A stretch of DNA of 64,000 nucleotides from Oculina patagonica (taxonomy: Eukaryota), in the NCBI RefSeq assembly GCF_052425735.1, contig NC_135764.1, positions 26,412,001-26,476,000 on the forward strand, read 5' to 3'. Below, one piece after another: positions 24,232 through 37,785 of this stretch. The translations under genes were made by a program, and so were the position numbers. Position 1 is the stretch's first letter. Each line of letters starts with the position of its first letter. Below the pieces are notes generated by a model, which saw only the letters and a program-made list of their open reading frames with translations, was not told where the DNA came from and did not search any database.

Positions 24232-24596
24232 GGAGAGGGACATTGGGGTTTGTGGTATTGCGGTATTTGCCAATTTTTCGTGCAGTATTTCGGTAATTTT
24301 TATCTTGAATTGCGGTATTCTCCAAACCTGCGCATTTTTCCAACCATCTCTAGCCGTTCTTGGTCGTTTCGGAAGCAAGCTGAGACAACCTTATTTTGTC
24401 AAACATTTTTTTATCTACAATTTGACTGTTTTAACAACCAGTTTAAAGTCTCGTCAGTACTTTCACGGTACCACAGCTCGTTTTTGCCTCAATTTTCGCA
24501 CTCACATCTACAATTCCACCAGCTTTGCAAGATTTGCGGTATTTTCTGAATTTTTTTGCGGTAATGTGGTGCTCAGCACCCCCAATTTCCCCCCAC
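24232..24596. mobile_element. MITE-like insertion
   Basis: Degenerate inverted ends GGGACATTGGGG ... CCCCAATTTCCCCCC with GCGGTATT repeats; absent from the homologous copy 1 upstream sequence. Confidence 0.5.
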
Positions 24597-27570
24597 TTTT
24601 AGGAGCACCGAGCAACTCAGCTCTACTAATAGTTTTTACTTGCTGTCTGTAAGCATAATGTTAGTGTTTTATTACTAAGAAAGGGAAAGGCTGGTTATGG
24701 TATTTTCAGAGGCCATTTATCTAACTTGTCGCGCTCAAGTATTCAAGAACACCAAACATCACTGTTTTAAAAAAGATAAACGTTTTTGTTTTCTTTTCCG
24801 AGTTGGCCGGGATTGTTTATAATTTCTTTTGTTTCCCACCATCCTAAAACATAGCATTTTGGCAACTGGCTTAATAGCAATCAGCATTATTTGCATTTCG
24901 GTATTCATTTAATTCGATTTGAAAATTTAATAATGGCTGTTTGGTTTTTGTTTTTTGCTTTTATGATCACAGTACGACGAGGAGACGCACAAGCTGAACA
25001 ATTATACCTCAGGAGAATGGAAAATCGGCATTTCTATATACTATATACTTAGTGAAAAATTAAAATAGACAACTTTTTGTCGAAATTCGAAAACTCGCAA
25101 GTGATGACAAAAAATGTTATAGTAATCATGATTCTGTTATAAAAGGATATCAATTATGCGGTTTTCCATAAAGTATTTAATTTTTTTATAGAAAAAGAAA
25201 CTTCTAAAGTGCCACCAAAACGTATCTCAAGATACGAATCGAAAATATACATGGCTCATCTTTACACCTGATATTCATATTGAACCAGGTTAAACAATCT
25301 AAGTGTATTTACATATGCAATTAAATACAAGCCATTTCCCTTTTGTAATTTGAAGATTGCTAAAACGTCACGAGTTGACAACACCTGGAAAATCTGAGTA
25401 AATGGTTTATTCATTCAATGTTGAGGCTTTTCAAGTTTTTAATATCTCACCGAACGAAGTTTGTTCTGTTTGATGGATACGAGAAGTCCAAGATTATGGA
25501 ATTTAATTTAATGAGAACTTTTACAATTGGTTACTAACAAGTGGCCCAGTTTCTTTCCACTGTAATATTTCGTTAATAAACCTAGGCCTCTGCCTGAAAA
25601 TAATTTCTCCAAATCTATAGACAGAAAAAATAATTCAGATAAAAAGCTTAAGGCCCCACCGAAAACAAGCCCTGACTCTAAATCTGAGATGGAAAATCCT
25701 TTCAATAATCTAGGCCGCCCCAGCCCGAAAATATTCCTCTGCCTGAAAAGAATTCCTCCAAACTATAGACAGAAAAGTTATTTGTAAAGCCCCCGAACCC
25801 TCTTTTTGTTCCTTTCCAGATAAAAGGCCCCACCGAAAACAAGCTCTGACTCTAAACTTGAGATGGAAAATCCTTTCAAAAGTAACACCCGACACCGTGA
25901 ATATGACACGGTGTGCGTTAATTTAGATTTAGCTCTGTTTCATGGATCCAATACCATGGATTTTTTTGTCGGATAAGAAATTGGAGTTTAAGTTAGTGAC
26001 AAGTGTCCCATTTTCGTTCCTGTAATAATAATCTCTCGCACCCTAGCTAGCCAACAATATTCCCCCACCCGAAAACAATCTCTTCAAATCGCAGACAGAC
26101 AAAAGGCTCCACTGAAGATAAGCTTTACAAATTTCAGACGGAAAAATCCTTCGAAGACTAAAAAACCCCGCCATTTTCGCCTTCCCCACCGGGAACTGCA
26201 AACCCCTCTCGAAAATAATCCCATCGAAAAATCCTTTTGAGCTAGTATAAATAAGTTTTATTAATATTATTCAAGTTTTACGGTTACCATTCAACATTAT
26301 CTCTTCGACTAAAGCTGCCTGGTGTATTTATAGAAGGAAATTATAGTCATTGAAACTTTGGGAAGCCCATAGCGCACACCTGCGCGTTGTTGTTTTCGGA
26401 AACGCTTTTATTAGCAAGATAATACAAGAAGTAGCACTAAAACGGTATAAGCTTTTGCTTCGTTAGTTCTTCTTGGGTAAATTAATCGTTATCCACCCTC
26501 TCACTGAAAATAAGCCCTCCCGAAGAAACAAAAAAAAAGATTTGAACAAGTATAAATCCAGGATTTCTTATTGTTGCCGGAATTTTAAGATTGTCGATCA
26601 GCAATGGCGCACGATAAAATAATTTCATTGGTTTAAAAGTTTAAAGAGTGACTGTCAAATTCTTGAATTAATCGAGACGAAGTAAAACGACGCAACAACA
26701 GCGAAACTCACCTCTTTTTAAACCTCAAAAGGATATTGAAATGGCTAAAATCAGATTGCGAATCAACGTTGAGCTTGAAGCCTTAAAACAAGAATGTCCA
26801 TTCCATCTGGCCTTCAGCCTGTGATTATTGGACGTTTTGCAGAGTATTTGCTCGCCGTCTGGCGCTTTAGTGGTGCAAACCTGCCGTCACGGTGACACGA
26901 GCTGAATATTGAAATTGTGATTGTTGAAAGCGGTTGGGACTTATAAATTCTCAAGAAAAGCTTGAGCTTTCCCACATCATTGATGTAAATGTTCGACCCG
27001 ACCTTATTCGACGTGATCATTAGAGGCTTCGGTGAAAAGATTTCTTAAAAGCTTACAGTGCTTGGTTCGCCGTGCCGACCGCTTTCTCCATCAAGATTTA
27101 AGCTTACGCAAACGACAAGTTTGCCGAATTCTTTATTCTTCAGGTATGTCACTGATTTTTCTCCCTTTTTCGCCGAACAAAACCGATATCATGTCTTCAA
27201 GTCGCTTTGCGTTTTATTTTTGTATTTTATAGCTGGTTGTTGTGGCAAATAAAATTCACGAAACTTGTGAATATTTGTTGTTTAATTAGTTTGTTCTCGT
27301 TCGCTTCAAGACCTATTTCTTTGTAATTGGACTCTCTTTCGCTAGAAACAGGCAGAAAATATTTGTGTTGTTTCGGAAAATGGTTCCATAGCTCAATTTA
27401 CGACGAAAAAACTTTTTGTAGTAGCGTCGACGGAACTGAAAAGTTTTTTCGCTTGCGGGAACACAGCGGGTGATCCCGAGCGGTCAAGATGGCTCCATCT
27501 TGACCGCTCGGGTAGCCAATCACAGCACGGGATTCGTTTCATCTTGAACGCTCACGGAGCTAGTCATATA

Positions 27571-28130
27571 CAGTCGAAGCTCTCTTAACGGACACTCTCG
27601 TAGCGGACAGCTCTACTTACGGCCGCCTTGTTTAAAACCCCGTTTTAACTCCCATACAAACTCTGTATTTTAACATTCTCGTAAGCGGACATTCCCGTAA
27701 GCGGCCGCGGACACTTTTAGAGATCACGACTTAGAATTTTTCTTTTTTTAAGCTCCCGTAAGCGGACACCCCAAAGGAAATCCCATTAACAACCTCTGTA
27801 TCTTTTTTTATCAATCAACTTCACATCGGCAGCCGTCACAATGAGGGTCCCCATATTCGGTTTGGGCAGGGCGACTTGTATATACGGCATAATTGCTTAA
27901 TAATTCCCTTGCGAGCACTGACAAAGTACACATTTTTTGTAATAATCTATTCTTCAAACATAGGAATTAATTTTTTTTTCGTTTTACAGAAGAACTGAAC
28001 GCTACACCCAAAATATGAGAAAAATTTGATAGGCTAACATACTCGTTCGAGAAAAGACGATTATTTTTTTCTCGTGGACTAAGCTGCATATAAAAAAGCC
28101 GCCATTTTGTTTATGTGCGGCCGCTTATTA
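27571..28130. mobile_element. Truncated pogo/mariner-like MITE
   Basis: TA-CAGTCGAAGCTCTC start with multiple TAAGCGGAC repeats. Confidence 0.5.
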
Positions 28131-28234
28131 CCGAAGAAAAATTCTGCACAGTAAGGATTCTCAATGCAATACAGGTCAATTACCTTAAATGACTTGGCAC
28201 GGGATGAAGGTAATGCGCTCACGCTCGGATAATA

Positions 28235-30581
28235 CAATACAATACAATGTTTAATGTGGTCATTACACTTAGCTATGGTTCGATGCGTCCCGCAGATATG
28301 GTTAGCAAAACTGCGGGAACGCACCAGCTAGTTTACAGGTAAGCCACAATGAAAATAAAAAATAAAAAAATAAAAAATAAATAAAAATAAAATAAAATAA
28401 AATAAAGTGAATAAAATTTTTCAAAGCTTTAAAGCTTTAAATATGTGCGACGCATTTCCTGATTAAAAATGAGCTAAAAGTTATAGAATATATACAATTA
28501 TTTAATTAAAATTACAAATGACGACTAATATCTACAGCATTTAACGCCTTTCTAAAGGTTTTATAGCGTATTGAAGTTCTGGCAGTGTCTGAGAGGCTAT
28601 TCCATAATTTGGGGGCGAAATATCGCCAAGATTTGAGTCCGTGCTGGTAGTTTGCACTTTAGGTAAATTGAGAATATTTTGTCCTCTTAAGTTGTAGGAA
28701 GAGTTTTAGTTGTATCAGCTCACGCAAGCAGGGAGGGCTAGGACCGTTTATTTTTTGAAAATTGAGCTAGCATTTTTATACTCGTTGCTCGGCCAAGGTT
28801 GGCAGGCCAAGGGCTTGTAGAAGGTCCCTGTAAGGGGTGTTCTTGTCCTTGAAAACAAAGCGAATGGCCCTTTCGTTAACCTTCTCTAGCTTTGTTGCAG
28901 AGGTTTTGCTGCAGAAGTGCCATGTCTCTGCGCAGTAATTAAAATGCGGAGCAATAAAAGACGTATAGATTGTCTTTCTTATTTCGTACGGTAGCATTTT
29001 CTTCATACGCTTTAATACTGCAACTTTTGAGACACTTTCCTACAGACTTTAGTGACATGCCTGTCAAACTTGAGTTTGTCGTCCACAGTTACACCAAGTA
29101 GATCAAAATCCTCGGCAATCGGAATAACTGCATTTTCACAGCGAAATAATGGTTTGTTCTGCGTTTTACCCATCACAATCGCTTGGTACTTGGAATGTTT
29201 CTTTTCATACCATTGTCGGTATACCACTTGTCAACGTGGTATAGATCAGTATTGATTGTGTCTTGAACTTTGGCGGGATCTTTATCAGCGTAGAAAATTT
29301 GTGTGTCATCTGCATAAGCAGATAGTCTACTTTGCTTTACAACATAGGCTAGATCATTCATAAATATATTGAAAAGCAGAGGTGAGTATGGAGCCCTGCG
29401 GAATGCCAGCTCTATATCTTGCCAAGTGGAGAAATTGCTGCCGATCCTTACCCTTTGTCGCCGATTCGAGAGGTAATCCTAATGAGTTTACGGTTTTATC
29501 ACAGCCCCGTACATTTTTAATTTCGATATTATCAAATCGTGAGGTACCGTATCGAATGCTTTAGATAAGTCCATAGACACAAGACCAATCACTTTGTGAT
29601 TGTCAAGTTCCTTTTCCATTCCTCCGTTAAACTGAGTAGGGCAGTGTCACAACCGTGATGCTTTCTATAGGGACGTATTTAAATCTTTCGAAGTGAGGGC
29701 TTATTTTCATTGACTAATGTCTCAAAAACTTTCGAGAGGGACGGCAAGATGGTGAGAGGCCTATAATTATTTTATCCAAGGGGCAATCCTTCTTGTATAC
29801 GGGAGTTACTTCGCCTAGTTTCCATTGCTGTGGTATTTTATCTGCGTCTAGCACATAATTAACGAGTGTGTGAGGGGATAACATAACACGTCCGCAGATA
29901 GTTGCACAACTCTCGGAGGAATAAGATCACAGCCAGTGGCTTTGTTGGGTTTAACTTTCTTCAGCACCTCTTTCACTTCCGTTGGTTTGTTTTCCTTAGG
30001 GACAGTGTTTTGCTTCCGGTAATTTGTTAATTATGTGGCTGAGATCCGGCGTTGGTTTTGCCTGGCTGGTTTCAACACATGTAACACTCGTAAAGAAATT
30101 TGAAAGACTCTGCCACCTCTTTCTGGCTCTAATTATCCTACTATTGTTTTGAGAACTAATCGTCCGTTATTCTTGGCCTTGCGCGATTCAGATAAGGCTT
30201 TATTGTGCTCCAAAATTTTCTTTATAACCTTGTCTCTCTTCACAGAGTTTTCTAAAATGTTCTTGTACTGCTTTTCTCCTCATGCTAACACTTTTTTCTC
30301 ATTGACTTTTTTCCCAATCTTCACGATTTCTTTTTTTTAAATCTCTTTTTTAAGCGATCCCTTGTCGCATTGCATTTCGAATTGAGCGGTTATGAATGGA
30401 TGCAGTTGATTGGCGCCTGTTGATTTTCATGATAGGGGCGTGATCATTCAACACTTGATTGTAAAGTTTCTCCCAACACCAGTACACATCATCAGGGTCA
30501 TCGAATAGGCTGTGGAGAAAGGCACTCTGCTGAGGTCGTCGAGAAATGCTGCCTGATTAAAGTTTTTCATTGATCTTTAAA
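28235..30581 (-). mobile_element. 5'-truncated, decayed CR1/L2-group LINE
   Basis: RT fragments (AYADDTQ; LLGVTVDDKLKFDRHV; FIAPHFNYCAETWHFC; YRPLTILPSLSKVFE at ~29730-29765); ATTAAA plus (TTGTA)n tail; probable TSD ATAATA at 28229-28234 and 30582-30587. Confidence 0.9.
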
Positions 30582-30655
30582 ATAATAAAATATGCAAATA
30601 GTGGATTTTTTTCTCAATGCCTTTTATTGTTAAACTCAAACAGGCGTGTTACTTT

Positions 30656-32308
30656 TTAGTATTTTCTCATTGTACTATCGATCCATTGCCTCAAGTAACG
30701 GACCCTTGCGTAGACGCCATAATATCCTGAAGCAGCGCATCTGTGTCCCCACGATACAACACCCTCGAGGAAGAACTTTCCATTGTCTTCACACACAAAA
30801 GGACCCCCTGAATCTCCCTGGCACGAGTCCTTGCCACCTTCTTCGAGTCCAACACAGACCATGGAGTGTGGATCGATGAGCCATAGGCTGTTTACATTTG
30901 GCCTCTGTAACAATGGGGACAGATACCTGCATAGGACGCTAGGTAACGAACCACCCGAGGACAGCGCTCCAAAGCCTAAATATTAATAACAGATCACTAA
31001 GTGATGTCTTCATTGAGCAAATGATTGCTTAAGCTTCTAAATTTGAGGATCCAATTACACGAAATACAGCAGATAATGATACTAAAGGAAATGAAGGGAA
31101 AATGATAAAAGCTAAAGCGAATAGTGAAAACTGCCTGGCGGTCGGTATTCCCAATATTTCGGTTTAATTCAAAACCATCGTCAGGTCAATGAATAAATTA
31201 ATGAGAAAGCGCCGAGTCTTAAAATAAAAAAGGTACTTCAATGAAAACAGTTCATATCACAACACATAACGTCACATCACATCACATCGCATCATCACAT
31301 CACATCAGGAACGGCGGAGCAATTTTCCAAGTGGAGGGCTGAGTAGTGACTTGAAGTGGGGTGACTTAAAAGACTCTCTCTTAGTATGTCTTTATTTTTC
31401 TGAAATTTGGGGGAGGGGGCTAAAAGCTCCCCCCCCCAGCCCCCGGCTCCGCCGTGCCTAGACATCACATCACATTACATCACACACATCGCATAATCGC
31501 ATCATCACATCACATCGCATAATCGCATTATCACATCACATCGCATCATCAGATCACATCACATCACATCAAAATTAAATCACGTTAGTAATCTGTCGTA
31601 TTATAAATTGCTATAGAAAAGCTCTAAAAACTGCACTTTTAATACCTGTGACCCAGCACATTTTCCCATCTGCCACTTGTCCGTTCGATACAGGTTGGCA
31701 GCTTTGTTAATTTGAGCAGGTTTGCGCAGTTTCAACAGGGCGATATCGTGAGCCAAACCAGAAGAGTTTTTGTAACTATGGTGAACGATAACGCGTTCGA
31801 TCTCGATATCCTCTTCTGTCCCTACGTCTCCTGTGCGATAACGGTCTCTGATTCTGCAAAATGAATTTTTTTCCAGCGGTTAAGTATAATATGATGCTTT
31901 TGACACAATTGCTTGGGATAAATCACTGTGCTAAATTTGGGCTCAATCGAATAAAACAGCAAAAAGTTATTCCGAGAGTTCCGCTTCAAGCGCTCTGCTG
32001 GCCCGGCGTGGAACCCTTTGTCCCCTCTTCAGTAATTGAATATTCAACATACGTGCATAGATTTATCTCCTCTCCTTTTTATCCAGGCATAAAAAGATTA
32101 TTAAACCCCCCTCCCCGATCGGGACTTATCAGACAACAACTCACATTCCAAATGGAACCAGATTCAAACACTATGAAGAAAACTTCCCCCCTTAAATAAT
32201 ATTTTTCGTATTTAACGGGCCAGTTAAATTATTATGTGCGAAATTACCATGTGCGAAACTTGCCAAGATTGCTACGCCCAACACACAGAGAACTGTAAAA
32301 GACTGCAT
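30656..32308 (-). pseudogene. ShK-trypsin copy 3, pseudogene
   Basis: Exon 1 (32308-32248) is intact. Exon 2 (ShK, IVGG, His57) is absent from the ~395-bp gap. Exon 3 (31853-31646) is 13 nt short. Exon 4 (30975-30656) has three 1-nt deletions. Confidence 0.9.
31265..31570. repeat. (CATCA)n microsatellite interrupted by a hAT-like MITE at 31306-31460
   Basis: Direct reading; MITE ends CAGGAACGGCGGAGC / GCTCCGCCGTGCCTA. Confidence 0.7.
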
Positions 32309-32561
32309 GATTTACCGAATGAAGATTATTGTGCGGAAATGTCCTTGCTTTATCATTCTTTTATCCTAAAAATTGAATGTTGTCATACAACGCCCGAACA
32401 AGCAGACGACAGAATCAGGGAAAAGAAGCCTGCATTGTCATCAAATTACATTCAGAATTAGTTTTAAGAGGATGATGTTTCGGATCCTGATTAAATAATA
32501 TTGACACTGAATACTAATAGATGATCAAATATGAAGAATTTGCACCTCGTTGTGTGGTGAT

Positions 32562-33024
32562 TACCTTATTATAGGAAATTAACGCTTGTGTTAATTAAGG
32601 TATTTGAAATTAACGCGACTAAATTAACGCGAATTGAAGGAAAAATTACTTCCTAATAAAGGAAATTAACGGAAAGAGGGGGGAACATTCAAAATGAAGG
32701 AAATTAACGCGACGTACACAACAGGAACAAGTTTATTTCAACACTTGTAGGCGTGTTATCTAAACGAAAACAATGTTCGTGCTACTTTTCCCACTTTAAG
32801 CGTTCTTCACAGTATCATGATAGTGGCAGATAAATTATGCTTTTCCTTGGAGTCAAGAACATCTGGACTGTAACGAAAAATTGGGGCCAAAATAATGGAA
32901 ATTAACGTCATGGAAATTAACGCTCCACTTAATTAACGGCGCGGAAATTAACGTTAACAAAAATTAACGCGACTTAAATTAACGCGAAAGTTTTAAATTC
33001 GCGTTAATTTCCTATAATAAGGTA
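32562..33024. mobile_element. TA-flanked MITE inserted in the copy 3 upstream module
   Basis: 24-bp perfect inverted ends TACCTTATTATAGGAAATTAACGC; many internal AAATTAACG repeats. Confidence 0.9.
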
Positions 33025-33833
33025 GTCTGGGCTATCTTGTTAAATACATTTTGCAATTTATGACAAAGGCTTTTGCTTTTCTTGGTATCATTTCAAGCAC
33101 AGGACGACTCGAATTTAATCGCAGTTTTCTACGTTATATTTTTGAGTTTTTACATTCCACGTTTTATCACCAAGGAAAACTAGTTTTGAGTCAAGTATCT
33201 GTCTTTTATTTTCCTCTTTAAGAATTAAAGAAAAGATTAAGCGTCATGGTTTTAAAAGGATGAAAGCATTGTTTTCCTTCTCTCGTTGGCCGTGGGTTTT
33301 TATGTTCCCTTTTTTATTTCTTTATTGATTGAAAAAAATACATATCAAAAGTAACAAGTAAAAATTAACCAGAGTACTTAATAAAGCGCATACAATAAAT
33401 AATTTACCAAAAATATGTATCAAAATGAGATAAAATTGAAAAATCTATGTTCCTAATTAATGTCTAAAACTTTAAGGCTATTTGTGTCAACTCAGCCTAA
33501 AACATAACACTAACCAAATTGACCAAAAAGCAATCGACATTGTTTGCAGTTTGGGGTTCGTTTTTATAACATTTGAGGATTTAACCTTTTTTGAAACGAA
33601 AAATGAAAACAGAGAGCGATTTTCTTTGACATGCGTAAATTAAACTGAAAACGCTCAAGCGCTCAACATTAACATTTAATAATAAAATGATATTTCTTAT
33701 TATGCGGAGTCTCATAAAGAATTTAATTTGTATGCTAAAAAAAGGTTCATCTAAAAATCTTCTATAGCGCCAAATGCGTATCTCAGAATATGGATTTGAG
33801 TGGATGACTCATCTTCTCAACATCATATTTATA

Positions 33834-34308
33834 AGGGTCCCCTATACTTTTTATGTGAAGCGTGATTGAGGCTATTTATTTTTTTCGTGAATCGTGATTT
33901 GTACTTTTACTTTTTTGTGGTTCGTGATTCGCGTGCGCGTGAACGCAATTTTTAGCTTTAACGTGACCCGTGAACGAAGAGTTGAATTAGACGTGAATCG
34001 TGAATCATCTTCCTTTTCGTGAATTGAATTCTGATTTTCTTGTTAGTACTAGTAAATGTACATCTTTATTTAAGCTCTTTGGTTCGTTTTAAATTAAACA
34101 GATGATGCTTTTGTCAGCTAGTTTGCTGCGTGCGTGATCTTGACAGAAACAATATCCGGTGTCCTACAAAAATCTGAGTGAAACAGTTTAAACAGGGATC
34201 GCCATGATTTTTGCGTGAACGTGAAAAGATTTTTAGAACTACCCGTGACCCGTGAAAAGCCAAATATTTTTACGTGATTCCATTTTGAAAAGAGCTATAG
34301 GGGACCCT
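33834..34308. mobile_element. MITE with ~8-bp TSD
   Basis: TIR AGGGTCCCCTATA; TSD TATTTATA/GATTTATA; CGTGA repeats; an empty site is visible upstream of copy 2 (~25270). Confidence 0.8.
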
Positions 34309-35235
34309 GATTTATACTGAACCTGGTTAAACAATCGCGAAATGATTTGGCATGCAACTAAGTATAAGCCGTAACCAAAAACGACATGTAAAACGACAGC
34401 AACTGGGCTATGCATTCAATCTCCGCTACCCTCTTCGATACCTTTTCACGGGTCCGAACGGGGTTTTCTAATCTATCTGCTGAATTAGAGTCAGCCAGGT
34501 CTAGTATTATGGAATTTATTGTGATAAAAAAATCAAGTTTTAGTAAGCGGCAAGTGTTCAATTTCTTTCCAGTGGTAGTACTGTAAAATTTAGAAGGTGT
34601 CCTGCACCCCTCACGAGCCAGAAAATTATTCGATCTTCTGCCCAAAAACAAGCCCTACAAATTTCAGATAGAAAACTCTTCCTAATAAAAGTCACGCGGA
34701 AGATAAGCGCTTCAAATCTTAGACATCGCTTAAAATCTAAGAAATTCTTCCATAACAACCTTTCCCCATCCGATAAATATGAGCCCATTTGTGTTTGAAA
34801 GAAGGGCCTATTAACCATATACCTATTTCGTTATAGTTATGCCTAGTTATACCATGTGGTATTTTTGAATGTACCAAAATCTTTGATACGCAAAATTTCT
34901 GCAGTTCCATTGAAACACAAGACTTGTAACAGCCCCTTTTCCCTACCCTGTCCCACCGAAAGTAAGCCTTCCCTTAAAATAATCGCATTAAAAAAAAATT
35001 GGAATTGGGTAAATCCATAGGTTTTTTATTGGAATTTTAATTTTCCATTCAAGATTTCTTTTGCATCTAAAACTGCCCGGTCATTGTATTAATCTGTAAA
35101 GGAAATCTATGTAACCTCTTCGGTTTTTGAAATAGCCATTGAGACTTTAGGAAAGACTATAGCGCACAGTGCTTCTTGATGTTATAGGAAACGCTCAGTA
35201 GCAGAGGATGGCAATGTAATGTTCTGCTTACCATT

Positions 35236-36421
35236 GGTGTTACACAAGACAACTTCCAACAATGTTGCGCGAAAAATCGAACACGTGTAGCTACCTGGGA
35301 CGATTTTTTGCACAATTTTGGTCTCAGCAACACGTTGCGAGTTTTGAAATAAGTCCAAAACTCGCAACATTTTGCCAAATTTGTTGCGCGAAAAATGGTT
35401 GTTGCAAGTTTTCCCGGTAACACAACCTTATAAAAATGATATCAATATGTATTAAAGCTCTAAATGTATAGTTTTTTTTGCTTTTTCCGAAAGGTGTTCC
35501 TGTTGGCGCAGACAGGAACAAAAATGGAAGAAGAGGTACATTACTATTTTGCATTAAATATATTCGTCACCGAGCTAAGAGTACAACATTTTTCTTCTAG
35601 ATATAAAAGTTAGGTCATACCGATCAATTAAAACAACGGGAATATCAATTCCCTTTGGAAGGACAAAAAAGGAAGAAGAGGCAACCATACAACTCTCGTA
35701 TTCATTCTAAACAAGCGCGTGTTGTTGTTTTTTTTTGCCTCGGCATTTTTAATTTGAATAAGAATCAAAACACTAAAGTATGGTTTTCACCAGCGACGCA
35801 AGCACAAGCGCACGCATAAGCGCAATCACGCAAGAAGGAAAATTTCGATCCTTGTTTTTTTGCTTGCCGCAAGCACAAGCACAAGCATAAACCTGCGATG
35901 CGCTTGTGCTTTTGCTTGAGTCGAAGCCGTTTTCACGGTGAAATAAGAACAGTTATTCTTGCGCTTGTGCTTGCGTCGCTAGTGAAAACCAGGCTTTAAT
36001 GGTTTAGGGCCTTTATATATATAAAAAGCTTTCTCTTGTGAAGTTTAAAAAAGATGCCCATATTAAGCTGTAAACATATTTATATATCTCAAAACCTGAA
36101 GCAAGATTAGTGCAATAAAACCATCATAACAAGCACGATTTCGTTAAAGAACCCTCCATATTCTTAAGGCCCGTTTACACAGGCGATTTCTGTCGCGCAA
36201 CTCAATGCAATTTTTTTCGCGCCAAAGGTGCATCGAGTTTCGAACAGGTTCCAAACTCCTTCGATCTCGTGGCGTTTTTATTGCCGCTAGTTTACACGCT
36301 TGCAAAATCGCGGCGATTATATTGCGATTTTATCGCCGCGATATCGCAAGAGACTTTCAACTTCGGCGTGACAAAAATTGCATTGTGTTGCTCGACAAAA
36401 ACCGCCTGTGTAAACAGGCTT
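35236..36421. mobile_element. Cluster of three Harbinger-like MITEs (~35236-35427, ~35777-35996, ~36167-36421)
   Basis: Each has TIRs (GGTGTTACAC; TGGTTTTCACCAGCGACGCAAGCACAAG; GGCCCGTTTACACAGGCG) and is absent from the homologous spacer at 44400-45050. Confidence 0.75.
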
Positions 36422-36914
36422 TTGAAAAACGAAAATATGCAAATACTCGAAGTTAAAACACAACTGCACAAAACTAAAGACAAATTTAGGCAATGTAGTT
36501 GTTTTGTGGAACTTCATCAAAGAAAATAAATTCATAATGGCAGTACAGTAAAATATGCGTGAATTGCGATGGGTCGACGCCAAAATTTCACGTTTGACAT
36601 TCGTATGTATCTTTCCCGGGAAAAGCTGCACAATCCATCGTTCGGAAAAAAGATGGCGGCTGTTCATTTTACCACAATGCACTGCAAACCTAACATAGTC
36701 AATGGGGCCGACGAAAGTCATGTTTTTGCGCCATCAGACCATGTACTTACAACATGAAGTTTCTAGAGCTTTTCTGTGTGTGGTTTTTTTTGTGCTATGA
36801 TGGTTTTCGTGGGCTTAAAATTATGGTAAATGTACCAGTCCCGTTCTGTACATGATTAGTGATAAGACGATAAGTGTAAAAAAAGGGAGTAAAGATTGAA
36901 AGAGAAATCAGATA

Positions 36915-37785
36915 AAATCAAAGGTGCTTTGTTAGCCCACTCGTGAATGAGAATACTAAATGTATTGGTGTAGAGCTATAAAATGATTCTGTCTTTTTGT
37001 GAGCGGCAATCGGTCTTTTTGTGAGCGGCAAGCGGTAATCCATTCAAAAGCCTTCGTTATATAACACTAATTTCTACCACAAGTGCAAGCTTGCTAGCGC
37101 GTTGTGTAGTGGCAATGCGTTGGCCCTCCAGTCCAGCGGCCCGGGTTCGATTCTCAGCAGGGACGATTAATTTTTTTTACGACAATTCAGAGACTGCTAA
37201 AATTGGACTTTATTCATAAAATTGTCCTGAAATCAACCTTTTAATACCCAACACAGTCGCAGTCCACAGTTCGTGCCTGGAAAATCTAAAAATTCGATCA
37301 AAACACGGAATGTCAGTTCAGTGTTTCGAAGATTTTCATATTTTCTCTAAGATTATTTCTTCTATTTGTCATGTGAAATTCTTAAGAGCTATAAATCGAG
37401 CCATTCGAAGAAGCTTTACATACAAGCCATTTAACTTTGAACCTACGGTATCGGTCATCGTACTAACAACAACACAAAGAAATCTATATGCTAATTTTCA
37501 GCCCAAATGATCAGTACGCCGAAGTTGTCAAGCGGTTAGGGGTTTGGTCTTCAAAAACATAGTTGATGTTAGGAGTCGCCGGTTCAAACCTCAGAAGTGT
37601 GAAACAAAAAGTTAAAAAAAAAAAACAAGGAAAATTAATTTATAATTTAATGCCTAAATTATTATTCATAAATTAAAGTTAACAGCCCATCGACCGACCG
37701 ACCGACCGACCGACCGACTGAAAATTTGCATATCACTTTCCATAACCATAACAATACTCGTTTCATTACATTCACGAGTAAAAAC
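36915..37785 (-). mobile_element. Helentron-associated (DINE-1/HINE-like) non-autonomous element
   Basis: Subterminal inverted repeat ACTCGTGAATG (36939-36949 / 37769-37779), a partial inner copy TACTCG at 37755, a (CCGA)n microsatellite at 37691-37718, a short terminal stem-loop at 36923-36938 and T-rich flanks. Confidence 0.6.

Noticed and set aside
32580-33010. CRISPR-like or iteron-like array of AAATTAACGC
   Set aside because: Irregularly spaced subterminal repeats inside a TIR-bounded MITE in eukaryotic DNA
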